IMG/VR virus record: IMGVR_UViG_3300049198_000011
Coordinates: 1 to 44,033 of that record
Source: a virus
Length of the DNA: 44,033 nt
Strand: one strand, 5' to 3'
Shown: piece by piece, positions 17,855 through 26,839 of the stretch
Layout: the number at the start of each line of letters is the position of its first letter
Position numbering within the stretch: position 1 is the first letter of the stretch
Position numbers and translations under genes: made by a program
The notes under the pieces: model-generated
Databases searched by the model: none
What the model saw: the letters and a program-made list of their open reading frames with translations, nothing else
What the model was told of the DNA's origin: nothing

Positions 17855-17880
17855 AATGAAAAACCCGCGATTAAGCGGGT
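17855..17880 (-). terminator. Rho-independent terminator/attenuator downstream of the major capsid gene
   Basis: acccgc-ttaatc-gcgggt followed by ttttcatt on the minus strand. Confidence 0.65.
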
Positions 17881-18033
17881 TCTGATTTGGTCTTTTTAGG
17901 CTTGACCTCATCGACGTCTAACGCACTCCGCAGCGCTTTGATCAAGTCGTCATCGTTTGTTTCAGTCTCGCCAGCCTCTAACCGAACAAGACTGCTGCGA
18001 ACAAGTAAGCACTTATCCGCAGCAAGAACAAAC

Positions 18034-19200
18034 TTAACCAATGTTCAGCATCCGAGCCGCATGAGTCTTAGACTGACGGAACTCAACAGCGAAGTCACCC
18101 AGAACGCGCACAGATTGACCGTCTTGGCCTTTCTGAGTTGCATCCAGTGTACGCCATGCGCCTGAAGCGTCTGCGTTGTTAGCATTCATCGGAACGACTG
18201 AAATCATGCCTGAGTCGAAAATCATCAGTTCGTCATCAGCCAAGTTAGTATCAACTACGATGCGGTTAACGTTACCGATTAATGGCAGGTCAGACGGCAG
18301 GGTTAACACTGAACCGGCATCAGCTTGCCACTCAGCTAAGCGTTGGCTGTCATAGTTGGCAGACACTAAAGCAGACAGTTTACGCGCTTGCTTGATGCCT
18401 ACAGCAATCGTATTGCTTGAGCCGCCACGAGCGATAATCTCAGCGTTTACTGCGTTGATTGCGTCCAGCGTTAACGCAGCAGCGGCGTTGTCAACCTTGA
18501 CTGCGCCAGCTTGGTCTAAATAGAAACGTAAGCCGCCGGTGTAAGTGGTGTCTTTGCCGCCAATCTGAACAGAAGCGCGACGACCACGTACCAAGGCGCG
18601 GTTTAACTGGATAGCTAACTGGCGTACACGTTCAGCGACTTGAAAAGTCAGGTCGTTAGTGTTGCCGAATTGCAGGGTGGACAGTGCGCGGCGTGAGAAA
18701 TCCAGAGCGGTGTCCATTGTTTGGAAGAAGTTTTCCACAGACTCAGGCTGGAAAATATCGTCCACTGCCGCCAGTGAGTTTTCTTCACGACCTACAGAGT
18801 CAACCGTTAACACTTGACCAGAAGTCAACGCAGCAGCAGTGGTGCCGCCGAAACCACGAACAACAGTCAAGTTGTCACCAGCAACCGCAGTTACCAAGAT
18901 AACTTCTTGCGAGCCGGTTGGCGATAACGTCATACCTGCGCGGAAACGTGCGCCAGTACCGGCAGCAACTGGAATGGTCGTAGCGCCAACTAATACGGAT
19001 GCAGATGTAGCCGCAGAAGTAGCGTCAACGCGCATATCCAGCCAGCCCATCTTATAACCGTCATAAGCTTGGCGCGGCCGACCCATAGAAACAGATGATA
19101 AAATACCAATGCGATTGCTGCGGGCAATATCAAAGGCCTCGTTGATAACTTTGTCGTTCAAAGCTGCCGCTAAAAGGCCGCTGGTAATTGGTGTTGCCAT
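18034..19200 (-). CDS. Major capsid protein, 388 aa
   Basis: Follows the scaffold-like gene and is followed by a terminator (typical of a highly expressed gene). Size and composition fit HK97-fold coat proteins. Confidence 0.7.
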   Translation of the reverse strand: MATPITSGLLAAALNDKVINEAFDIARSNRIGILSSVSMGRPRQAYDGYKMGWLDMRVDATSAATSASVLVGATTIPVAAGTGARFRAGMTLSPTGSQEVILVTAVAGDNLTVVRGFGGTTAAALTSGQVLTVDSVGREENSLAAVDDIFQPESVENFFQTMDTALDFSRRALSTLQFGNTNDLTFQVAERVRQLAIQLNRALVRGRRASVQIGGKDTTYTGGLRFYLDQAGAVKVDNAAAALTLDAINAVNAEIIARGGSSNTIAVGIKQARKLSALVSANYDSQRLAEWQADAGSVLTLPSDLPLIGNVNRIVVDTNLADDELMIFDSGMISVVPMNANNADASGAWRTLDATQKGQDGQSVRVLGDFAVEFRQSKTHAARMLNIG

Positions 19201-19210
19201 TGTTTATACC

Positions 19211-19924
19211 TCAGTTTGTATTGTTAAATGCTGCGTTTAAATATCCGCGTAAGTCGCCTTTCTTCTTGGCTGCTTCCGCTTTTGCATTTGCGTCTGGGGC
19301 ACTGCCACCATTACCGCCGTTGCCTCTTGCGTTGCCAATGCCTTCTGTCGGTGCTTTGGCCTTAATCAGCGGCTGGAAAATATCACTCTTTGCGATCACT
19401 TCATCAAAGAATTCTTGCCGCGTTTTAACGCTGCTGGCACTGCCGTCAACGTTGTAGTAAATTTCTTCGCCTGTGATAGGGTCGTAATCGACCATTGAAT
19501 CAATCAGGCGTTTGTATGCGGCCTTGCCGCTATCGGTAGCGAATGCCGATAAGTCGCTAACGATTGATGATTTTGCGCTGGCTTTGGCTTTGTTAGTCAG
19601 TGCATCAATGCGGTCTTGATATTGCTTTGCTGTCTCGCCATGCCTGCGCTCTTGGTCGGCTAATAGCTCATCAACCTTACCTTCAGCTTTCAGCTTTTCC
19701 AGCGCTTTACGCTCTGCCTCTGCCGCGTTTTCAGCTTGGCGCTTTTCGTACTCGCTCAGCTTGCCAGACGTCTCTTTGTATTTATTGTCAAGCTCGTTCA
19801 GTGAGTTTTTCAGCTTCAACGCCTTAAGCTCGCCAACGGGTTTAAATACTTCACCGTCTTGAGCATAATCACCGCGAATAAATTCTGGTAATTGCTCGTA
19901 TTGTTCTTGCGTTAAATCAGCCAT
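19211..19924 (-). CDS. Scaffolding protein, 237 aa
   Basis: Lys/Glu/Ala-rich predicted coiled coil between the portal and capsid genes. Confidence 0.65.
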   Translation of the reverse strand: MADLTQEQYEQLPEFIRGDYAQDGEVFKPVGELKALKLKNSLNELDNKYKETSGKLSEYEKRQAENAAEAERKALEKLKAEGKVDELLADQERRHGETAKQYQDRIDALTNKAKASAKSSIVSDLSAFATDSGKAAYKRLIDSMVDYDPITGEEIYYNVDGSASSVKTRQEFFDEVIAKSDIFQPLIKAKAPTEGIGNARGNGGNGGSAPDANAKAEAAKKKGDLRGYLNAAFNNTN

Positions 19925-19991
19925 CAGGCACAGCCCTCAGTTAGTTATCATCCATGCGCAAGCACAGCCTGCGCTTTGTTAGTTTAAACGG

Positions 19992-21476
19992 TTACGTGTT
20001 ACCTTGCAAATTCAGCGTCATTCCGCCGCCGGAGTCCATTTCTGCAACAAGCTCATCGTATTCGGTGACAGTCCACCCGCCGTTTACGAAAATCTTCAGA
20101 CCCTCATCGCGTGACAGTACGCCCTGAGCGATTGCGGCCAGCACCTGCTGCGCTTTCTGTGGTGGCATTTCGCGCTTGCTGAACTCTTTGTTAAGCGTGA
20201 TAACAACCTGGTCAGCGTTTTGCTCAACGCCATCCTGCTGCCATAAACCTTCAAACATTCCACAACAAAGCAGCATAAAGCGCCACGCATCTTCGACACA
20301 CTGGGCGGCAACGGTTAATCGCGCTGATTGCTCTGCGCTGTCTGTGTCTACCTCTGTTGCCGTCTTGTCAACTGTTGAGTCGGTAGGGAATGACGCGCCC
20401 AATGATCGCATCTCGTCGTCATTGGATCGCATTGTTTCGGTATAGCCGGTAATGTCATTCTGCGCGCTGACGTATTCTGCTGTAACTTCTTTTGACCACA
20501 AGTTGACAGCTAAGCCGGTGGCGACATAGCTGCGATTATTCACAGTCTTGAAAGTCTCCCACGCGTTTTCGTCAACACCATAATAGTTCAGCGTTGGCTT
20601 ACCAGCGTTCAGAGTTTCCATCTTATCAGCGCTGATAACGTGGTTGTGCAAGGTTAAATCAACGATTGGCGACAGATAGCCAAGCTCCATCGGCATAGTT
20701 CCGGCCTGTTGCGGCTCATCAATCACGATGCTTACAGGTAGCCACTTCAGAGGAGAGCCGCCAACCATTGCATAATTGCGCTCACCAACCTTTAGCGCTC
20801 GACCGTCTGAATAATCATCAAAACGCTGCTGGTAATAATTGCCCTCTTCATCCAGCGCCAGTGCCAAGTATGAATTGTACTTTGTCCGCATCATCGAGTC
20901 TGGGTCGAAGCTTTCCAGCTCTTCGCGCAGCAGGATGTAAGACAGCTGCATGACGTTATTAACGCGCTGAAAATACCAGTTGAACACGTTTTCTCGCGTG
21001 TATTGCTTAATCACGGCTCTAGGCTTGGCTTTTTTAATGTCGGCAATAGATACGTCGTTTTGGTTCTCTACTGTCAGCCCTTGATAATCGGCAACCAGAA
21101 TGTGCCACTTCACAGCCAAGATATTAGCAAGCGTTTGGCTAATGGCGTTTTTCAGCTTCAGACCATCGCCGTCAATGTCGCCTTGTAGATAGTCGATTCG
21201 CTCAGGCAGTTCAACCTGTGTTTTTTCAGGGTCGATTTTACCAATCCATGTACGCAGCGTTTGCTTTGGGATGCCTTGAAATTGCGCGTTTGATTTGTAT
21301 TGGTTATAACGCAAAAGGGCCTCAGTCGAACTGGTATCAAGCGCGGACGGATGCGGAAGGTAAAGCTGACCTTTAGCCTTTACGAATGCGGCACCCTTCA
21401 CGCAATCACGAATCTTAACAATTTCAGGCAGCATTTCAGCCGATTCAGGGTGGCGAGATATTGTTTCTAACGGCAT
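19992..21476 (-). CDS. Portal protein (DUF4055-type), 494 aa
   Basis: The N-terminal pattern RYNQYKSNAQFQGIPKQTLRTWIGKI...VELPERIDYLQGDIDGDGLKL resembles DUF4055 portals; size and position fit. Confidence 0.65.
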   Translation of the reverse strand: MPLETISRHPESAEMLPEIVKIRDCVKGAAFVKAKGQLYLPHPSALDTSSTEALLRYNQYKSNAQFQGIPKQTLRTWIGKIDPEKTQVELPERIDYLQGDIDGDGLKLKNAISQTLANILAVKWHILVADYQGLTVENQNDVSIADIKKAKPRAVIKQYTRENVFNWYFQRVNNVMQLSYILLREELESFDPDSMMRTKYNSYLALALDEEGNYYQQRFDDYSDGRALKVGERNYAMVGGSPLKWLPVSIVIDEPQQAGTMPMELGYLSPIVDLTLHNHVISADKMETLNAGKPTLNYYGVDENAWETFKTVNNRSYVATGLAVNLWSKEVTAEYVSAQNDITGYTETMRSNDDEMRSLGASFPTDSTVDKTATEVDTDSAEQSARLTVAAQCVEDAWRFMLLCCGMFEGLWQQDGVEQNADQVVITLNKEFSKREMPPQKAQQVLAAIAQGVLSRDEGLKIFVNGGWTVTEYDELVAEMDSGGGMTLNLQGNT

Positions 21477-21527
21477 GGTTTAGCCTCGAAAAGTTTTGTC
21501 AAGTATAGACGGTTATGCGTAACCAAA

Positions 21528-22532
21528 TCAACCGCCATCAAGTGTACGGAGCTGCGCCAAATTTAACGGCCTGCCGGATAGGTCGTTAAACTGACTGATT
21601 GACAGTTTGCCGGCCTGAAACAGCTCAGCGCTCTTACTTCCCAGCGTCGCCTCGATAAATCCGGCAGGTTGGTTTTTCAGCCAGCTATCGTAAATCGTTT
21701 CGCCATCTTTGGGCTGTTCAGCTTCTTTGATATCGCCAACCTTTGCCTTGCTCGGCAGCGCGACAACTATAGTCCTGCAATTCCAATGGTATGGCGGATA
21801 ACCAATAGGCGACTTACCAACCGGCCAGCCGGCCTTGTAGTCTCTTCTGATGCCTCTGCATGTAGCGGATGTTCTGCTATCGAAAGTGACTATTGGATAT
21901 TCACGGGCTAGCTCGCCAGCGTTTGCTGCAAATAGCGCTTTTCTTGCTTGCTCTGTGTAGTGCTGCAGTCCTGTTCTAATTAGCGCCTCTGCACCAAGAA
22001 GAAGTGCGCCGCTGGCAATAATTCCAACCTGTGAAGCGGCCTGCTCTGGCGTTTCACCCTGGTTGTAGCTGTAGCTAACAGTGCTGTTAAAGCGATCAAC
22101 TACAGACTCATCGAAAGCGCTGGTGAACTGCTGCCATGTTCCCGCATCAACTCTCTGGCCTTGCTTGAGGCTGATAACTGACCTGTCTATGCCGTTAATC
22201 AGCTTTTCTTTTTCTGGAATGTTCAGGCTGATAAGCAGCGCAGCAATTAGAATTTCTGCGAATACGTCCGTATCATAAGCCGCAATATCCTCAAGCTCTT
22301 TTGTAATCTCAACCCACGACGACGCGCTAATTGCGATCACTTCCCTGCGTATTTCTGCCGTGACTTTTTTAAGCTTTGTGATGCTTGTTATTGGCCCATG
22401 CTCTAGCAATATCCGCCTAGTCACTCTGTAAGCTTTTAGCAGCGCAGGCTTTGATTTGTCCTTCAGCAGCCCAGCAGCGAGTCGGCCAAGCAAAACTTGT
22501 CGCTGCTCCACCTGATTTAGTAACTCATCCAT
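21528..22532 (-). CDS. Head morphogenesis protein, Mu F / SPP1 gp7-like, 334 aa
   Basis: ALIRTG...DSRTSATCRG...GYPPYHWNCRTIVV matches the Mu F domain signature (D-x-RT-x-x-x-C ... PP-x-H-x-NCR). Confidence 0.7.
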   Translation of the reverse strand: MDELLNQVEQRQVLLGRLAAGLLKDKSKPALLKAYRVTRRILLEHGPITSITKLKKVTAEIRREVIAISASSWVEITKELEDIAAYDTDVFAEILIAALLISLNIPEKEKLINGIDRSVISLKQGQRVDAGTWQQFTSAFDESVVDRFNSTVSYSYNQGETPEQAASQVGIIASGALLLGAEALIRTGLQHYTEQARKALFAANAGELAREYPIVTFDSRTSATCRGIRRDYKAGWPVGKSPIGYPPYHWNCRTIVVALPSKAKVGDIKEAEQPKDGETIYDSWLKNQPAGFIEATLGSKSAELFQAGKLSISQFNDLSGRPLNLAQLRTLDGG

Positions 22533-22579
22533 TTTTTTGCCTTTGGTTTTTAAAGTGCAATGATAGCATGCGAGTTTTG

Positions 22580-23908
22580 CTATCTGCCAAATTTAACGCC
22601 TGTTGCAAGTGGCGTAGTATGCGCTGGCCATTCAAAATCAACCATGTAACCAATTGCCGTTGTAATGTGCTGATACTGGTTTTTCTGGTCTTCTTGAAAT
22701 GTCGAACCTTGCTGCAGCTGCACAGTCGATAAACCCTTATGGCACCACTCAGCCGTCTTTGGGTTGACGTAGAGCGACACGACGCCGTCAGCCGTGCAAA
22801 TCTTAGCCCTTACCGCGTTTTGCCTGTCTTTAATTGCTGGATGCGCCGCCTTTACTCTGCGCTCAAACTTCCAGCCGTTAGACCTTAGCACGTCCTCAAT
22901 GTCGTTATAGTCTGACTTGTGACCGTGCTTCTCTCCTGCCTTGCCCGCAGGGTCGCCGTAAATCAAAACCTTTTTGTTTTGGTGACTCTTGTACTTCTCA
23001 ACAAACTCTTCAGCGGATTGGCGCGACACTGCGCTGGTTAAAACGATTTCATCCAGTAGGTATAAATCCTTGCCTTTCTCGCCGCGGCGAACTCCAATCG
23101 CACTTGATAAAGGCGTAAAATTTTGGTCGTGCATCCAGCAGAGCTGCTCATGAGGAAGAATGGTTTCAGTGGTGTAATTCTTTTCGCTGTAGCCGTCATA
23201 AATCCGACCGGATGCAGTTTCAAACGCTGCGCGAAACTCCTGGTTATATTGACGCCAAGACATTATCTGCTTTGCCTTAGCTGCCATCTCAGGGAATATT
23301 TCCTCAGTCATCCAGTGAAAGACTTCATATTCAGCGCTAATGCCTGTTTTAGCCTTTTCGCACAGGTCGTAATAGTGGTTTAACCCATCAGGCACACCGA
23401 GAAGCCAGCACCACGCCTGATAGGCTGGGCGCGTTGGATTAACTGTGTTTAATGCAGGGTAAATGTTAGCTTCCCATGCGTCCGCTTTAATATCGGCAAA
23501 CTCATCAATGCCGCCGCCGACCCAAGGAATACCCTCGATGCGCTGCGGCTTATCTAGCCCGATAACATGAATTTCTGAACCGTTGTTCATGTAGATAATC
23601 AGGTCGCTGATGTTCGGCTTGCGCTTATGAGTGCAACTCAGCGTCATGTCGAGCAGGTCTTGCCAGAATATCTTTTTAGCTTGCGGGTGAGTCGGTGCAG
23701 CAGCGAAGTATTGACCAACTATCTTGTTAGCTTGTTTGACTAGAAAGCGCTTGAATCGCTCTGTTTTGCCGCTTCGACGGCCAGCAGGTACAAGTGGGAA
23801 CCTGACGCCGCGCATGACGGCAGTCAGCAGGTTAAGCTGCACTGGATGGTCTTTTAGTTCATACCATCGTGACAACTGGCGGTCTAGTTGCAGGTTGCCT
23901 GTTTGCAT
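22580..23908 (-). CDS. terL: Terminase large subunit, 442 aa
   Basis: Walker A PAGRRSGKTE and Walker B-like GGGIDEFAD. Follows the small subunit with an ATG/stop overlap. Confidence 0.85.
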   Translation of the reverse strand: MQTGNLQLDRQLSRWYELKDHPVQLNLLTAVMRGVRFPLVPAGRRSGKTERFKRFLVKQANKIVGQYFAAAPTHPQAKKIFWQDLLDMTLSCTHKRKPNISDLIIYMNNGSEIHVIGLDKPQRIEGIPWVGGGIDEFADIKADAWEANIYPALNTVNPTRPAYQAWCWLLGVPDGLNHYYDLCEKAKTGISAEYEVFHWMTEEIFPEMAAKAKQIMSWRQYNQEFRAAFETASGRIYDGYSEKNYTTETILPHEQLCWMHDQNFTPLSSAIGVRRGEKGKDLYLLDEIVLTSAVSRQSAEEFVEKYKSHQNKKVLIYGDPAGKAGEKHGHKSDYNDIEDVLRSNGWKFERRVKAAHPAIKDRQNAVRAKICTADGVVSLYVNPKTAEWCHKGLSTVQLQQGSTFQEDQKNQYQHITTAIGYMVDFEWPAHTTPLATGVKFGR

Positions 23909-24372
23909 TAGTTTGGTAGTTTGTCGATTAGGTTTGCTAAAGCATCATAGAGCTTGTCATTATCAACCGGCTCTTTCTCTTGCTTGTCTGCAAACTTAGG
24001 TAAGACTTTGGACATAAACCATTTGCGGGTATCGACTCGCAGCCTTGACCGAGCAACAGCTTCGCCATTAAATGCAAAGCCCGGGTTATTTGGATCTTCT
24101 CTTTCCATCCAGTCATTGCTTGCGTTGTCAGCAATATCAATGATTTCGTCAGCCATAAACTGGTATTGAATCTCTCTGGCTTGGGCGTATTGGTTGCGAA
24201 AGTTTGCATATACTTCTTGGTCAGAAAGAAGCCAGCGCATGATGGTTACTTTGTGCGGGATGTTGTCGCTTCTACAGATTGCGTTCAGGCTCTCACCTGC
24301 TGCTAAGCGCTCGCAAATCTCTTGCGCTATTTCCTCTGTAAATGCTGTTGGTCTACCCATTTTTGCGGTCAT
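23908..24372 (-). CDS. terS: Terminase small subunit, 154 aa
   Basis: N-terminal HTH pattern GRPTAFTEEIAQEICERLAAGESLNAICRSDNIP...MRWL and C-terminal SRLRVDTRKWFMSKVLPKFADK, typical of this terS family. Confidence 0.8.
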   Translation of the reverse strand: MTAKMGRPTAFTEEIAQEICERLAAGESLNAICRSDNIPHKVTIMRWLLSDQEVYANFRNQYAQAREIQYQFMADEIIDIADNASNDWMEREDPNNPGFAFNGEAVARSRLRVDTRKWFMSKVLPKFADKQEKEPVDNDKLYDALANLIDKLPN

Positions 24373-24438
24373 TTAGGCACTGCCTCTGCTCTCAAGGGCA
24401 CAGCCCCGTTACCGCAAGTATAGCCCATATCACAGAAT

Positions 24439-24462
24439 GAAAAAAGCCCACTGGTGTGGGCT
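24439..24462 (-). terminator. Rho-independent terminator ending the early-left operon
   Basis: agcccac-acca-gtgggct followed by tttttt on the minus strand, overlapping the stop of the last small ORF. Confidence 0.75.
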
Positions 24463-24598
24463 AGTTGTTGCTGTTCCAAATCGCCGCCTGCCTCAACTCA
24501 TCAATATAATCCGCCAATCTATTCACGCCACACACAGGAAAATCAAAGAACGATGCAATAGCTCTGTCAGTGTTTGCCTTGTGTATGCGGATTTTCAT
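24461..24598 (-). CDS. Hypothetical 45-aa protein MKIRIHKANTDRAIASFFDF...
   Basis: ATGA overlap with the upstream ORF and a terminator directly after the stop. Below the ORF-track cutoff. Confidence 0.45.
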   Translation of the reverse strand: MKIRIHKANTDRAIASFFDFPVCGVNRLADYIDELRQAAIWNSNN

Positions 24599-24786
24599 TC
24601 TGCGCCGCCTTGTTTCAATTGTTCTGCATAGATGCCTGCCAACACCGGGCTGTTAAACCAACCATGCTGAATTTGATAGACTCGATAAGTATCGTAGTCA
24701 GTGCCTACAGATTCGACAACAAACAATGGTATCCCAAAAATCTTGTACGGCCGAACCAAGACAGATGGTAAATATATGAACGCCAT
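24595..24786 (-). CDS. Hypothetical 63-aa protein
   Basis: Start trimmed to MAFIYLPS with a strong RBS (caggaggtggtttaATG); TAATG overlap with the upstream gene. Confidence 0.55.
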   Translation of the reverse strand: MAFIYLPSVLVRPYKIFGIPLFVVESVGTDYDTYRVYQIQHGWFNSPVLAGIYAEQLKQGGAE

Positions 24787-25115
24787 TAAACCACCTCCTG
24801 CAAGATGCGTTCGGCGTATTGGTCGGCCCATTCATTCAAATCTGTTGCACAATGCCCAAGCTCGCATCCGTACACTGCTTTTGCTTTTGAAAAGCCTGAC
24901 TTGAAAGCATCAGCCAGCACCTGCGCGAGACAGGCGGATGGTGTTTGCTCAAGCAGCATTTCAAATTCATCAAAAGCAGTTTCCCACATTGATTTCGTAA
25001 ATACTTCAGCTTTGTGCATTTTAACAGCGTCAGACATTGACGCCCGCAACACCTCAACCTGCGCGGCCAGTGCGTCTCGCTTTGCCTGCAATTCTTCGTA
25101 TGTGGGTTTATTCAT
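24786..25115 (-). CDS. Hypothetical 109-aa protein
   Basis: Start trimmed to MNKPTYEEL (ttggagctatgaaATG); predicted helical, acidic. Confidence 0.55.
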   Translation of the reverse strand: MNKPTYEELQAKRDALAAQVEVLRASMSDAVKMHKAEVFTKSMWETAFDEFEMLLEQTPSACLAQVLADAFKSGFSKAKAVYGCELGHCATDLNEWADQYAERILQEVV

Positions 25116-25211
25116 TTCATAGCTCCAATAGTTAAAAGGAGCCAATTCTCATTGGCGAGATAAGGTGCAGCGCGGAATTTAATATTAGTTCAAACATACC
25201 CAACAAGCAAA

Positions 25212-25478
25212 TCAAAGCGCGCCATAAGTACGCATGCCGCTCTCCAATTTAGCAACACTCATAACCTTAAGCTTATCGCCCGTTAACCGCTTTCCGTCAA
25301 CCGTAGCTGGCGCAATGTCGCCGCTGTACATCTTGACAAGCTCGTATAGCGCTCTATCTTTGGTTTCGTCACGAATGCGTCTTGCCGCTTTGGTAATTGC
25401 GATTGCTTCGTTTCGTCCTTCTAGCCTAGCGATATGGCGGGCTAGGCACAGGGTTAGGACCGCGCTTTGTTTGCTCAT
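25212..25478 (-). CDS. Hypothetical 88-aa protein, translationally coupled to the Mom-like gene
   Basis: ATGA overlap at 25475-25478. Confidence 0.55.
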   Translation of the reverse strand: MSKQSAVLTLCLARHIARLEGRNEAIAITKAARRIRDETKDRALYELVKMYSGDIAPATVDGKRLTGDKLKVMSVAKLESGMRTYGAL

Positions 25479-26131
25479 TTCGGGTAAGCCTCTTGTTGAT
25501 AATTTACTGCTGAATAAAGCCTCTTCTTATCGGCCTTGCTGCCATTTATAAAAATATACCGATGCTTCCTCGGCCTGTCTTGTAAGTAAAAATCGTCACC
25601 GTATTTTTCACGGATTGCAGCCGCTCTGTCTTTAACGCCCCTGAACTGGTCGGCAATAGTCTGTCCGTGAAGGTGTTCAAGCCCTTTCACTTTCCAGTCG
25701 GTGCGCTTCGCGCTCAATCCGTGATAGGTGAAATTGCAAGCCTGATAGACTATGCCTTTGTGTTGCTGCTCAGTGTCAGCAAAGCTAATCACAATTGACG
25801 GCTTAGGAAGCATTTTCAGGGATGCGCCAACAAGTTTTGATGCTTCATTCTTGCGGTTATACTTTAAGCAAAGCCTGTTCAGCTCTAACACAATGCCGAT
25901 GTTTTCATCGCCAGCTATACCACGGCGAAGAGGTGCGCTTGGTGGTGTACCGTAAGCGCAGACGCCGATAAGCTCATCGCCATCAAACAACCCGAAAGCG
26001 TAGCTGATTGACGGCCAGCGCTTAGCGTAGTGAATGCCGATTATGAATGGCTCGCAATCGGCTCTCGTTATGCGGCCGACGCTAATCACTGCCGCCACCC
26101 TGCAACCTACGAGCTGCCAAACTTTCCGCAT
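25475..26131 (-). CDS. Mom-like (GNAT-fold) candidate DNA adenine-modification enzyme, 218 aa
   Basis: IGIHYAKRWPS...FGLF...IGVCAYGTPPSAP...VLELNRLCL...ISFADTEQQHKGIVYQACNFTYHGLSAKRTDW resembles, from memory, the conserved blocks of phage Mu Mom-family proteins. No DPPW/DPPY methyltransferase motif. The start could be an internal GTG. Confidence 0.45.
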   Translation of the reverse strand: MRKVWQLVGCRVAAVISVGRITRADCEPFIIGIHYAKRWPSISYAFGLFDGDELIGVCAYGTPPSAPLRRGIAGDENIGIVLELNRLCLKYNRKNEASKLVGASLKMLPKPSIVISFADTEQQHKGIVYQACNFTYHGLSAKRTDWKVKGLEHLHGQTIADQFRGVKDRAAAIREKYGDDFYLQDRPRKHRYIFINGSKADKKRLYSAVNYQQEAYPK

Positions 26132-26375
26132 GACTAGTCAGCCAATCGTTGGCGTATTGGTGCAAGATAGCGCCACAATCGGCACCAGTTAAAAACGCCT
26201 GCGTGAGGCTGTGGCAGATTTTATCGTTCAGACTGGCATCCACTTCAATTTCATGGGTAAAGTCGCTCAGCTTCAATTCTGCGCGTATTTGCGCCGTTAA
26301 CGCTTCGTGCTTTGCGTCGTATTGCGCGAACCGGTCAGCTAAATGGTCGTGCAGGTAGTTGTTGTCGTAGCTCAT
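26082..26375 (-). CDS. Hypothetical 97-aa protein
   Basis: ATG at 26373-26375 (the ORF track starts one codon earlier at a GTG). Overlaps the Mom-like start by about 50 nt. Confidence 0.5.
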   Translation of the reverse strand: MSYDNNYLHDHLADRFAQYDAKHEALTAQIRAELKLSDFTHEIEVDASLNDKICHSLTQAFLTGADCGAILHQYANDWLTSHAESLAARRLQGGGSD

Positions 26376-26530
26376 CACTCCACCCCATTAAGCTTCAAAT
26401 AACCCTTGCCATCAACATAAAGCGCCCCGCTTGCCAATAACCGCTTAGCCAGTTCACGCGAGTTCGGCTTTAACTCTTCCAATCGCACAAAGCCGTTTGC
26501 AATTTTGTTTTTAAGGTTGCGGTGTAGCAT
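26375..26530 (-). CDS. Hypothetical 51-aa protein MLHRNLKNKIANGFVRLEEL...
   Basis: Strong RBS (ggagggtgaaaATG); overlaps its neighbours at both ends. Below the ORF-track cutoff. Confidence 0.5.
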   Translation of the reverse strand: MLHRNLKNKIANGFVRLEELKPNSRELAKRLLASGALYVDGKGYLKLNGVE

Positions 26531-26717
26531 TTTCACCCTCCACAAATAACTCTAAACCATCAACACCTTTGCGCCGCTTAACCCACACAGCGCCGTCAGG
26601 CTCTACCAGTGCGCCATAAAGCAACCATGCAGACACTTGACCCTGATTCGTACCCATGGCCTCAGCAAGTTTTCGCTGTGTGCCGTATTGTTTTATTAAT
26701 TCTGCGATTGGTTTCAT
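26511..26717 (-). CDS. Cro/YdaS-like HTH DNA-binding protein, 68 aa
   Basis: GTQRKLAEAMGTNQGQVSAWL is a classic HTH of the Cro/YdaS type. Confidence 0.6.
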   Translation of the reverse strand: MKPIAELIKQYGTQRKLAEAMGTNQGQVSAWLLYGALVEPDGAVWVKRRKGVDGLELFVEGENATPQP

Positions 26718-26839
26718 TTGGTTGCCTGCCTATCCTGCTGATAACGATGTTTAGCCGCCTCAACACCAGCCACCAAACAAGCCAGCCAGAGCCAGCGGTA
26801 AGTTTCGTCTTTGCCCCAAACTGCGTAACGTTTTTTCAT
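26714..26839 (-). CDS. Hypothetical 41-aa protein MKKRYAVWGKDETYRWLWLACLVAG...
   Basis: ttggagtttattaacATG; ATGA overlap with the downstream HTH gene. Confidence 0.4.
   Translation of the reverse strand: MKKRYAVWGKDETYRWLWLACLVAGVEAAKHRYQQDRQATK

Noticed and set aside
17882-18054. Possible ~54-codon minus-strand ORF after the capsid gene (…VKFVLAADKCLLVRSSLVRLEAGETETNDDDLIKALRSALDVDEVKPKKTKSEPA), or a frameshift extension of the capsid protein
   Set aside because: The only available start is a TTG with no RBS, and the frame is closed by a TGA just upstream inside the capsid gene. No slippery heptamer is seen at the capsid 3' end. The tail reads protein-like, so this is worth a proteomics check, but it is not supportable from sequence alone.
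19956-19974. Hairpin gcgca-n9-tgcgc between the portal and scaffold genes as a terminator
   Set aside because: The stem is only 5 bp and has no T-run. It was noted only because it carries one copy of the gcacagcc motif.
22562-22584. Hairpin GATAGCA-n9-TGCTATC at the terL stop codon as a terminator
   Set aside because: No T-run follows on the minus strand and the MuF-like gene starts 28 nt later. It is more likely an mRNA structure or a coincidence.
24376-24410. Sigma54-type promoter suggested by GGCAC...TTaCC in the terS leader
   Set aside because: The GGCAC elements lie on the plus strand, pointing away from the late genes, and the spacing and GC dinucleotide of the -12 element do not fit TGGCAC-N5-TTGCW.
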